Positions 1 through 10,725 of a stretch of 64,000 nt of DNA are shown in pieces. Each line of letters begins with the position of its first letter. Positions within the stretch are counted from its first letter, which is position 1. Both the position numbers and the translations under genes were made by a program. The stretch lies in assembly GCA_000004695.1 (NCBI GenBank), contig CM000151.3, positions 4,576,001 through 4,640,000 of the forward strand. The letters are read 5' to 3'. Source of the DNA: Dictyostelium discoideum (Eukaryota). The notes below the pieces were generated by a model that was not told where the DNA came from, ran no database searches, and saw only the letters and a list, made by a program, of their open reading frames with translations.

Positions 1-210
1 CCTCTACCACCTGCATGTACTTGTGCTTTAACTACTAATTCTCCATTCAATTCTGATGCTGCTTTGATGGCATCTGATGCTTTTGTTACAACTCTCCATT
101 TTTGTGTATTAACTCCATATTTATCCATTAATGATTTACTTTGATATTCATGTAAATTTAAATATCTAACTTGATATTTACTTGGATTAAATTTTAAAAC
201 TCCTCCCTAA

Positions 211-242
<32 letters not shown>

Positions 243-740
243 AAATACGAATATTTTATTATAACAATGTTATTTTTTATTTTTATTTTTTTTAAAAAAA
301 TGATTAATATTTCTTTTTTTTTTTTTTTTTTTTTCCTTTACTTTATTTTAATTTATTTTTAATTTATTTTTTATTTTTATTTTTATTTCTTTATTTTCTT
401 TTTTTTTTTTTTTATTTCTTTTTTTTATTTATTTTTGATGTGATATAGTATATTTTTATTTTATCTTTATTTTTATTATTTTTATTTTTTTTATTTTTTT
501 TATTTTTTCAATCACCTACAATAACTTTATTAGCTGAATTAAAGAGTGACATTTTATATAAGTATATACAAATATATGAATGAAATGTTGAAAATCAAAA
601 TTAAAAAATAAAAAAAAAATAAAAAAAAAATTTAAAAAAATTTAAAAATTTTATTTTTTTTTTTTTTTTTTTTAAAAAAAAATGTAATTTGATTTTTTCA
701 ATCGCAAATTAAAAATAAAAAGATGATGGTTTGAAATAAC

Positions 741-781
<41 letters not shown>

Positions 782-1026
782 AAAATAAAAAAAAAAAAAA
801 ATAATAATAAATGCAGATCACAGTTTGGACAATAGGAAATTTAGATTTTAGATAAATAAAAATAAAAATAAAAATGAAAAAAAAATTTAATAAAAAAAAA
901 ATTAAATAAAAAAAAAAAAAAAAAAAAAAAATTAAATAAATATATAATACAAGAATAAAAATAAATTGTTTTATTTTATTATAATTATTTTTATTATTAT
1001 TTTCTATTATTTTTTTTTATATTTTT

Positions 1027-2042
1027 TTAAAAAAATAATGATTGATCAAAAGTTGGACCTTGAAGTAATTTCCAACAAGATGGAGTTTTTAATTGTGGTG
1101 AAGATGGTGATTCTTGATTTTTAATGAAATTATAAATTAAATTTGACATTTGTAAAGCTTCATTAGTATTATAACCTTCTGAACAGAATAAATTTAAACA
1201 TAAAAATGAAACCTTGTTGTTGTTGTCGTTGTTTTTGCTATTAATTGTTGAATAAATTTCTTTTGCTAAACCAGTTAATCTATTACTAAGTTGAATTGTT
1301 TCACCCTCTGGTGATTGTACAGTTAATTCCATCTCTGAAATATTCATTTCATTTAATTTTGAAATTATATTTTTATCAACATTATCTGATTTAATAAATC
1401 TAACTTGTGATCTGCATTATTTTGAAAAAAGTAAAAAAAATAAGGTTCAATATTGATATTTAAATAAATAAATATAGATATAGAGATATATATATTTTTA
1501 AAAAATTACCCTGTTAATTGAGAATCAACTCTTTTATTTGCATTACTACTTGAAAGGAATAAAATCTCTTTAATTTCTTCTGCATTGATCCATTTAAATA
1601 AATTTTCTGAAAAGTTTGGAATACGACCCTATAATAAAATAATAGTAATTAAAAATAAATTATGATTAATAAAAGCAATGAAAGGAGAGGAGAGAGGAGA
1701 TGATAATGATAATGATATTGAAATAAATTTTCATACATCAACTATTGGTGATCTTTGTTGAACTAATGTAATTGAAGGAAATAATGAGGATTGATAAACT
1801 TCAATACTTGTTGACATTATACCATTGTTATTATCTAATGTTGTAAAACAATCATTTCCAATGATTGGTGTAATATTTTCATCAACAATGAAACCAATTC
1901 TTTTGAATTCGAATGAACATATTAAAACATCGATTGTTAATTGACCAATATTACCAAGTGTTAGTGATGGCCATATTAATGTATGATTTTTAAATGAAAT
2001 ATTATTATTATTATTATCAATTGAATAAAAAAATTTGTTCAT
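1027..2042 (-). CDS. Proteasome assembly chaperone 2 (PSMG2/PAC2)-like protein. Exons 2042..1737, 1628..1510, 1411..1027.
   Basis: ATG at 2042. N-term [19 protein letters not shown] and C-term [17 protein letters not shown] align to the PSMG2 family (AVSVGNVGQLAMDLIIS ... SSWRLLFGSGLPPALF). Introns are canonical: GTATGA...AG, GTAATT...AG. Phases are consistent. Confidence 0.7.
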
Positions 2043-2207
2043 TTTATTTTATTTCTATTTTTTAAAAGGTTTCCCACACACTGTGAAGTTGCTAAAATAA
2101 ATAAAATTTTTTTTTTTTTTTTTTCATTTTTAATTTTTTAATTTTTAATTTTTAATTTATTTTTTTTTTATTTATTTTTTTTTTTATTTTTTTTTTTTAC
2201 CCATTTT

Positions 2208-2843
2208 TCAAGTAAAATTGTGAGAAGATGAAAATAACCAATTTAAGCCAAATTCTAAACCATCACCAGTTATGGCATTAGAAGATTGAATGTGCCATTT
2301 CCTATTTAAAGATAATTTATTTAGTTCCAATTTATCAATCAATTGTTCAATGGATAAAGAATTTTTTAAATCTTGTTTATTTGCAAATATTAAGAATGGA
2401 TGATTTTTGAAGATTTTAATATTTTCATCAAGTTTCTTAATTTCCAACCTCACCTCTTCAATTCTTTCTTGATCACTTGAATCAACTACAAATATTAAAC
2501 CATTGGTTTCATCAGTATAATAGTTTGGCCATAATGGTCTAATCATATTTTGACCACAAACTACAAATAATGTAATACAACTAGTAATAAATAATTCATT
2601 ACCACCACTACCACTACCACAACCAAAACCAAAACCAAAACCATTTTTACCATAACCATCTTCATTATTATATTTAAATCTTCTTTCAAAAGTTTCAACA
2701 AAAAATCCTTTTTCAGGTCTAGTTGGTATATCTTTATTAAATTTTAATCTATACATTATTTTTTTTTTTCCTGAATTATCTATTCCCAAAATTAAAAATC
2801 TTTTAAAATCTTTTTTTTCAATAAAACTAAATCCCATACCCAT
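2208..2843 (-). CDS. Arf/Arl-family small GTPase, divergent, single exon.
   Basis: ATG at 2843. Motifs LILGIDNSGKKKI (G1), FFVETF (switch I), NKQD (G4), and C-term GDGLEFGLNWL are typical of Arf/Arl. The G3 position reads VVCGQ instead of WDVGGQ. There is a Gly-rich insertion, GFGFGFGCGSGSGG. Confidence 0.8.
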   Translation of the reverse strand: MGMGFSFIEKKDFKRFLILGIDNSGKKKIMYRLKFNKDIPTRPEKGFFVETFERRFKYNNEDGYGKNGFGFGFGCGSGSGGNELFITSCITLFVVCGQNMIRPLWPNYYTDETNGLIFVVDSSDQERIEEVRLEIKKLDENIKIFKNHPFLIFANKQDLKNSLSIEQLIDKLELNKLSLNRKWHIQSSNAITGDGLEFGLNWLFSSSHNFT

Positions 2844-2880
2844 TTTATCTTTTTTTGTGAAATAAAAGTTTTATATGATT

Positions 2881-2941
<61 letters not shown>

Positions 2942-3133
2942 ATTTATAAAGAACAATGTGTGTTTTTTAAAATTAAATTATAAAATTAAGGTGGTTTCTA
3001 AAATAAATAAATAAATAAAAAAATAAAAAAAGATCATATTAAAAATTTAAATAAATTAGGTGTATATTGTTTCTATTTACATGTCGAGATTTCTTTTATT
3101 TAATTTTTTTTTTTTAATTTTTTTTTTTTTTTT

Positions 3134-3992
3134 TTAATCTGTTCCAGTCGATGTTCTATTCATTGAATTTATACTTAATTGAAGTAATCTCATATTATCG
3201 ATTAATTTCTTTATTACACAATTTTTTTGATATGCATCCTATATTATAATAATAATAATAATTAATTTAATAAATAAATTTTTTTTTTTTTTTCTTGAAC
3301 ATAAAATTAATAATAATAATAGTAATTACCATTTTTAATCTTTCCAATTCATTAGATAATGAGGTTTGATCCTGTTTTTCTATATTAATTGTTGTTGTTG
3401 TTGGTGCTGAGGTACTACTATTATTATTATCATCTTTCATGATAGTATCATCATTATCAATATTATCTTTTGGTTTTTGTGATATTTTAGTTTCTAATAA
3501 TGAAATTTCTTTAATAGTTTTTTGTAATGCTAAAATTGATTGAATGCAATTTTGATTTAATTCTTTAATTTTATCATTATCATTTACAAAATTTAAATTT
3601 AATGTTGGTAATGTTGGTGATGATGGTTGTTCTTTTGTAGTTGTTGTTGCTGTTGAATCTTTTGAATTTAATGGTGATGTTGTAGAAGTTGTTGTTGTTG
3701 GTGTTGTTGTTGATGATGTAGATGATGTAGTAGTGGTTGTTGTAGAATTATTAGTATTAGTATTTGTTGAATTATTTGTAGAAGAAGGAATACTTTGAGG
3801 TTGTTGAAGTTGTTGTGATTGCAATTGTTGTTGAGCTTTAGTTGAAACTTGGTATGTTAATACTGGATCAGATTGAATGGTTTTTAATTGCTTTACAATT
3901 GCTAATATATTCAATAGTAGTTTATGTATTGATTTTTCACCTTTTACTGCCAATGAACAAATCAATTCCTCTTCAATTTCAATTTTATCCAT
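3134..3992 (-). CDS. Hypothetical Thr/Ser-rich coiled-coil protein. Exons 3992..3330, 3238..3134.
   Basis: ATG at 3992 (MDKIEIEEEL...). Low-complexity T/S/Q tracts, then a coiled-coil (IKELNQNCIQSILALQKTIKEISLLETKI). GTAATT donor after ...LERLKM, acceptor tatag, second exon DAYQKNCVIKKLIDNMRLLQLSINSMNRTSTGTD*. Confidence 0.5.
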
Positions 3993-4343
3993 TTTATATA
4001 TATATAGGTTCAAAGATAATTGAAAATGCAACTCAAAAAAAAAAAAAAAAATAAAAAAATAAAAAAAAAAAAAATGAAAATGCAACTCAAATGAAAAAAA
4101 AAAAAAAAAAAAAAATGGTGTGAGTGGAAATTTTAAAATTAATTCTTAAAGTCCAAAAAATATAGAAATCATTTTAATAATATAATATTAAGTAATTAAA
4201 TTTTTATTATTATATATTTAAAAATATTTTTGAATACCTTTTTTTTTTTTTTTCTTTTTTTTTTTTAAAGTTTGGTATAAATTTTTAATTGAATGTAAAA
4301 AAAAAAAACTTTAAAAACCTTTTAAAGAAAGAAAACCATTTTT

Positions 4344-5041
4344 TTATTGGGATGGACCAAGATCAAATTCTGGATGTTTTTTAAGATACTAGAAAATAAT
4401 AATAAAAATTGTTAGAATATATTTTATTTAAAATATAATAAAAAATAAATAATAAATTAAACTTACTTCATGAATTTCTAGATAGGATAATTTATCGTTC
4501 TTATCCTTATCAACAGCACTAAAGAAGTATCTGCATGAGCTTTTGGCTCTTCTGCATTTAGCTTTTTCCCTTTCTTCAGCACTTAATTCATCATCTTCTT
4601 CATCAAAATCCGGATCTTTAAGGTACAATTGATACATTTCATCAAATGTTACAACACCGTCATTATCAGTGTCATATTTCTTACGGAAATCTTTGACCTT
4701 GGATCTGAGAGCTTTTTCAGTTCTGATTAAATCTTGTTTAATTTTCTTGGACATTAAAACTTCTCTAATTTCCTGGATGGAAAGGTTTTCAGTATCAGCA
4801 TCACGATTATAATGATCAAACATTGATTTTGTGGCAGCAAGTGGATCCTTAATATTGGAATTTGAGCTCATACGAGAGAAAACTTCATCCCATGATAAGT
4901 TACCATCACCATCTTTGTCAAAAGAAGTAAAAATTTTTTCCTAATTATTTTAAAAAATAAAATTAATAATTTTAAATAAAAAATTATATATTTTGAAAAA
5001 AAATAATTTAAAATTTAAAATACTTACAATTTGAGCTTCAA
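4344..5041 (-). CDS. EF-hand calcium-binding protein (Dictyostelium Cbp/calfumirin-like). Exons 5041..5018, 4940..4467, 4388..4344.
   Basis: EF-hand loops DKDGDGNLSWDE, DTDNDGVVTFDE, DKDKNDKLSYLE. Exon 1 is MSKVEAQI followed by GTAAGT. The last intron is GTAAGT...ctag and the terminal exon is YLKKHPEFDLGPSQ*. Confidence 0.75.
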
Positions 5042-5490
5042 CCTTAGACATTGTTTTTTTAAATTTATTTGTTAAGTTATTATTAATGATTAAAAAAAAA
5101 AAAATTGTTTCTTTTTATACAAAAAAAAATAAAAAATAAAAAATAAAAAAAAAAAAATAAAAAAAAAAACTTTTTGCCCACTCATTTATTTTTTTTATTA
5201 TTATTATTTTTATTATTAAAAACTCATTCCTAGTATGGGCAAAATAATGATTTTTTTTTTTTAACTTTTTTTTTTTTTTTCAGACACTATTTTTATATCC
5301 CCCAATTAAAAAAAAAAAACCTTTTTTTTTAATAATAATTATAAAATTATAAAAAAAAAAAACTTGTTAGGTGTTTTATGAACCCACAGCATGAATAATA
5401 AAAAAACACTTCATTTTTTTTATTTTGTAATTTGACACACCACTAAAAAAAATTAAAAAAGTAAAAAAATGAAAAAATTAAAAAAAAAAA

Positions 5491-5545
5491 AGATTTAAAT
5501 CACCTTTTTTATTAATTGAATCGTGATTGACACCCACTTTCAATT
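5491..5545. repeat. Dispersed repeat of about 55 bp (agatttaaatcaccttttttatt..ttgaat.gt.attg.cacccactt). Second copy at 7417..7470.
   Basis: Near-identical 55-mers at 5491-5545 and 7417-7470, each followed by T-rich repeats. Confidence 0.6.
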
Positions 5546-5582
5546 TTTTTTTATTTTTATTTTTTTTATTTTTTAATAATTG

Positions 5583-6700
5583 TTAATTTAATGAAAGTTT
5601 AATAAATGAACAAAGAATGTTTGGTAAACTTGAAACTTTATCAATTTTAAAATTTGATAATTTAATTAAATTATTCCATTCATTTAAAGTTCTTTCTTTA
5701 CCACCATTTAAAATATTAATTGTATCTATTTAAAATTTAAATTAAAAAATATAATAATTAATAATAATAATTAAAAATAATTAAATTAAATTTAATTTCA
5801 AAAGATACATACGATATTCAATTGAAATTGGAATTGATTTTTTATTTTTATAAATTATATGATCAAATATATAAATACAAACTTCATTTTGATATGAAGA
5901 TTTAATTGATTTATAAATTTTATTTAAAATTTCTAATACTTGATTATCGCTAAACATATGGAATATATATTTAACTAAATAACAATTGCCAATTGGAAAT
6001 GTTTCATCAGTGAAAAAGTTACCCATTATTTCAAAATAACGATTATCTTTATAATTTTTTTCATTATTTTCAATTACTTCTTTTAAATCATAATTAATAC
6101 CTTTTTCAATGATTGAATTGTTTAAATGATATTTATCCAATATTTTCTTAATAGATTCACCTTGAGAACCACCCAAATCAACAATTGTTTTAAAATTACT
6201 AAAATCAACAATTTCTAAAATTGAATCAATTTGAGTTCTAGTGTATTCAGTCAATGTATTGTGAAAATATTTTTTAAGATTTTTTTCTTTATCAATGAAA
6301 TCAAAACCATCATTATAACCACTATTAAAAGTGCCCATTGCTTTTCCAGTTTTAAGACTTTCTTCAATATGTTTAAAATATGGTAATAATGTAACTTGAA
6401 AATATGAATCATTTACCCATGGATACTTATCTGTATCATTAATTAATGTTTCAGAAATTTCAGTATTTGAAAATAGTCTATCAATTTCTTCATCTTCTTT
6501 AAAAATACCCATAGTAGATAATGTTCTCAATAAAACATATAATCCATGCTCATTATATCCATTACATTCTTAATTGTTTAATACTTTTTGAACCATTTTT
6601 TAATTTATTTGGAATTTCTAATTCTAAAATAACTTTTAATGAGTATGATTTTATATAACCAGTTGCAATATCATATATAAAATTTTTAATTTGAATATTT
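5583..6700 (-). CDS. Class I SAM-dependent O-methyltransferase (COMT-like, plant-type). Core exon 6530..5813, last exon 5725..5583. N-terminal segment about 6700..6560 is in another frame.
   Basis: DLGGSQG SAM motif I, the dimerisation-domain motif LYVLLRTLSTMGIF, and C-terminal NGGKERTLNEWNNL (OMT motif GGKERT). GTATGT donor after ...SIEY. The upstream segment MENIQIKNFIYDIATGYIKSYSLKVILELEIPNKLKNGSKSIKQLRM* is in a different frame with no plausible intron between. Confidence 0.7.
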
Positions 6701-6760
6701 TCCATTATTATTATTATTTATTATTACTATTTCTTTTAATTTTTTTTTTTTAAATAATCC

Positions 6761-6791
<31 letters not shown>

Positions 6792-6878
6792 AAATACTTA
6801 TACAACTAATTTTTATAATATAATAAAAAAAGATAAAATCTCCAAATCTCTTAAATTTTATAAATTGAATACACTAAA

Positions 6879-6884
<6 letters not shown>

Positions 6885-6965
<81 letters not shown>
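6885..6965. repeat. Poly(T) homopolymer of about 81 nt.
   Basis: Uninterrupted T run read directly from the sequence. Confidence 0.95.
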
Positions 6966-7260
6966 CAGTTAATTTCCGACCTATTACATCTCCAATTGGT
7001 TGTCAAAGTAATTGGAATTTCATCAAATTCCTATAATGGTATATTTTACTTATTAAATGATAATAAATAGGCAATTTTTATAATTAATAAATGAGGTATG
7101 TCATTATCTTTAATATTATTATTGTTTCAGATTTATGTGTAAACAAATGAGTGAATTTTAAATTTTCAGAATTTAAACTATTTACAAGAATATTATTAAA
7201 ATAATTATCTATTATTCTTTATTTTGAGTAAATAAATTCAATAATCCTAATAAAAATTAC

Positions 7261-7390
7261 CATTCAAAAATTGTAAACCAAAACCATGTAATAATTCACC
7301 CATTGCATCATTTCTAGTAACAGCACCAATACTTTCTATATGACAAAAATTAATAGCTAAAGTAGGTAATCCTATTCTTCCATATTTGAA
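7261..7390 (-). pseudogene. Isolated fragment of a polyketide synthase ketoreductase (KR) domain C-terminus.
   Basis: Minus-strand translation YGRIGLPTLAINFCHIESIGAVTRNDAMGELLHGFGLQFLNGNFY* is paralogous to the KR segment at 16880-17030 (RRSIGLPALAINFGHIGSIGVVTRNDAISELLHGFGLQSMNGN). It has no upstream or downstream PKS context and ends in a stop. Confidence 0.5.
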
Positions 7391-7589
7391 AGTAGGTAAT
7401 AAAAAGTAAAAAAAACAAGATTTAAATCACCTTTTTTTATTTTTGAATTGTAATTGGCACCCACTTTTATTTTTTTATTTATTATTTTTATTATTATTTT
7501 TATTATTTTTATTATTATTTTTATTATTATTTTTGTTATTATTTTTGTTATTATTTTTATTATTATTATTTTTATTATTATTAATCAGT

Positions 7590-8764
7590 TTAAGACAATG
7601 AAAAAGAATTTTTAAAATCAGAATTTAAATCATCTGTATTATAAAATGTTAATGGTATTGTTTTAACCACTTCAATACTTTCATTTTTAAATGACTCTTT
7701 TTCTTTTTCTTTTTGTTCCTCTTCTTTTTTTTCTTCTTTTTTTTCTTCCTCTTTTTCTTTTTCTTCATGATCTTGGGCTTTGGATGTTAAATGAAAATGA
7801 TAATCTGGTGATGGAATTAAGTCAACATTATCATTACCACTTAAAAGTCTGATTAATTTGAGGAATGGTTTTTCAAGATTAAAATTTGTTCTAACCGATA
7901 GTTCAAAATATGAAATATTCTTTTTACGATGAAATATAATCTGACTTGGGTTAATTCTTTTACCCATTGATTCTACTTTATTACCAACTAAAACCATTGG
8001 AACCACCTTACCTGTTATTCTTAATAATTCATTAAACCAATCGTTAACGCTTCTATATGATTCTCTTGAACAAACATCAAACATTATAATTGCACATTCC
8101 GCTCCAGTCCTATTACAATAATATTAATTAATATTAATATTAATACAATAAATGTTATTTTTTTATATTTATAGTGAATGGAGAGTGTGAGAGTGAGAGA
8201 GAGAGAGAGTGAGTGAGGTATACTTACATATAATCATCTCTCATAGCTCCAGGTAATCTAGTAAAAGCCATATCCCAAATACTGAAATTAACATCACCAA
8301 TAGTTGTTTTAAAATTAAATTTATGAACACTACAACCAAAAGTTGCTAAATAAAAATAAATAAAAATAAAAATATTGGTTATTATTATTTTGGACTGATA
8401 GTTTAATTTAAATTAAAGAGAATAATAAACCTACCAACATATTGAGTTTCAAATTCACCTGTTAAAAGTCTATTTATATAGGTGGACTAATAATAATATG
8501 ATATTAGTATATTTAAATATATTTGAAAAAGTTTATATATATAAAACCTACTTTACCAACTCCACCATCTCCAATTAATACTAATTTAATTTCTTTAGTA
8601 TTGTCAAATTTTTTAACTACTGGTAATGATGGTTTATTTTTTGATGATGATAATCCCAATGAAAATTGCGCACTTGATGGCGATGCTGCTGTTGTTGTTT
8701 TTGGTGTTCCAAAATCAAATGGTGGTGCTGTTGGTGGTGGTCCAAATTCAAATAGTGATGCTGT

Positions 8765-8861
<97 letters not shown>

Positions 8862-10068
8862 CCCAATCCAAACGGTGAACTTAATGGTGATGGTGCTGTT
8901 GGTGAACCCGATCCAAATGATGGCGTACTTGGTGGTACCAATCCAAATAATTCTTGTTCTATTTTTGTAATTTGTCCATATCTAAATGGTGGTGCTGTTG
9001 ATGGTGATGCTGTTGTTGTTGTTGTTGCTACTGTGTTTGATGATCCCGATTCAAATGATGGTGCTGTTGGTGATCCCGATCCAAATGATGGCGTACTTGG
9101 TGGTACCAATCCAAATAATTCCTGTTCTATTTTTGTAATTGGTCTATATCTAACTGGTGGTGCTGTTGGTGTTGATGCTGTTGTTGATGCTGTTGTTGTT
9201 GTTGTTGTTGTTGCTACTGTGTTTGATGATCCACCAAATCCCGATCCAAATGATGGTGCTGTTGGTGATCCCGATCCAAATGATGGCGTACTTGGTGGTC
9301 CAAATCTAAATAATTCTTCTTCTATTTTTGTAATTGATCCATATCCAAATGGTGATGCTGTTGATGTTGATGCTGTTGTTGTTGTCGTTGTTGCTGCTAC
9401 TGTGTTTGATGATCCACCAAATCCTAATGAAAATGCATCTCCTGATGGTAAAAGTGGAAGAGGTGAAACAAAACGAACGTTATCATTACCACTTAATATT
9501 TTGATTAATTGAATGAATGGTGTTTCAAATTTATAATTTGATTTACTTGAAATTTCACAATAGTGAATATTCTTACTACGATGAAAATTAATTTCCTTTG
9601 CTTTAACTTTACGATCTTTGATATCAACTTTATTACCAACTAAAATAATTGGTATATTATTACCTAATTCCTTTGTTAATTCATTAAACCAACTTGGTAC
9701 ATTCCTATATGAAACTCTTGAAGAAACATCAAACATAATAATTGCACATTGACTTCCAACACTATTATAATATATATATAATTAAATATTTTAATATATA
9801 TATATATATATATATACTTTTAATTATGAATTTTTTAAAATAAACTTACTAATATAAATGTCTAAATACTTCAAATTTTTCATCACCACAAGTATCCCAA
9901 ATATCAAAATTAACATTGCCGATATTAGTGTAAAGAATTAGATTACTTAGTTCTACTCCAACCGTAGCTATATTTTTATTTTATTTTTTTTATGTTTTTA
10001 TAATTAATAAAAATAAAAAAAAAGTTAACTATTTTCATAATAATAGTAATAATAATAATAATAATAAC

Positions 10069-10127
<59 letters not shown>

Positions 10128-10673
10128 TGATTTTAATGATACTTACGAATATGGCTTTTTTGAAATTCGCCTATTATATGACGTTTTAAAAATGTAGTCT
10201 AATTAATTCATGATAATAATAATAATAATTAATAATTAATAATTAAAAATGTAAAAATAATAATAAACAATTACTTTACCTTACCAACACCACTATCACC
10301 AACTAATATTAATTTGATGGGTCCATTTTTCTGTGTATTTTTTATGTTTTATGTGTATGTTAGTATATATATTTTTTTTTTTTTTATATTTAATGAAATA
10401 AATAATTTATTTTTAAAAATATATATATATATATATATATATAATTTACAATATCAATTGGTTTAATATTTTGATAAGCTTTTTGTTCAATTGGACTATG
10501 ATCTTCATCCTCAATTGGTATTTGTTCTCCTATTGCTTTTTCATAAGATGAAAGTAGCTCCGAATCAATATCACTAATATTAAATGTTGACTAAAAGTAA
10601 GAGAGTATTTTTAAAAAAAAAAAAAAAAAATTAATAAAAAATATTAATAAAAAATATTTTAAAATGGTAATAT

Positions 10674-10716
<43 letters not shown>

Positions 10717-10725
10717 TGTTACCAT
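7590..10725 (-). CDS. Tandem Ran-like GTPase. Two Ran-like domains joined by an FG/Ser/Thr-repeat linker in one reading frame. Exons 10725..10723 (ATG only), 10590..10450, 10320..10270, 10198..10147, 9967..9850, 9761..8552, 8486..8435, 8345..8228, 8109..7590.
   Basis: Domain 1: [29 protein letters not shown] / PTVGVELSNLILYTNIGNVNFDIWDTCGDEKFEVFRHLYY / [68 protein letters not shown]. This is a strong match to Ran ([84 protein letters not shown]). Domain 2: KLVLIGDGGVGK / STYINRLLTGEFETQYV / ATFGCSVHKFNFKTTIGDVNFSIWDMAFTRLPGAMRDDYM / [46 protein letters not shown].... All introns are GT(A/G)(A/G)GT...AG with consistent phases. ORF 8513..9736 is open from domain 1 through the linker into the domain-2 P-loop, and the linker contains no Met. 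Confidence 0.7.
8760..9420. repeat. Coding tandem repeats: (GAT)n of about 110 bp (poly-Ser of about 37 residues on the minus strand) plus three copies of a 180-bp unit.
   Basis: (gatgat)n at 8760-8870. Near-identical 180-bp units start about 8881, 9060 and 9240 (ccgatccaaatgatggcgtacttggtggtaccaatccaaataattc...). Each encodes PPSTPSFGSGSPTAPSFGSG..TTTTT..ITKIEQELFGLV. Confidence 0.85.
10040..10128. repeat. (TAA)n microsatellite inside an intron of the Ran-like gene.
   Basis: Direct observation of an (ataata)n run. Confidence 0.9.

Noticed and set aside
8523-9512. Long plus-strand ORFs (8523..9512, 8626..8970) and minus ORF 8617..8871 (poly-His/Met/Asp translations) overlapping the Ran-like linker.
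   Set aside because: They are alternate-frame and opposite-strand readings of the (GAT)n and 180-bp repeats. The first is a TTG start, not ATG. The sense-frame product continues into recognisable Ran exons, while these encode homopolymers.
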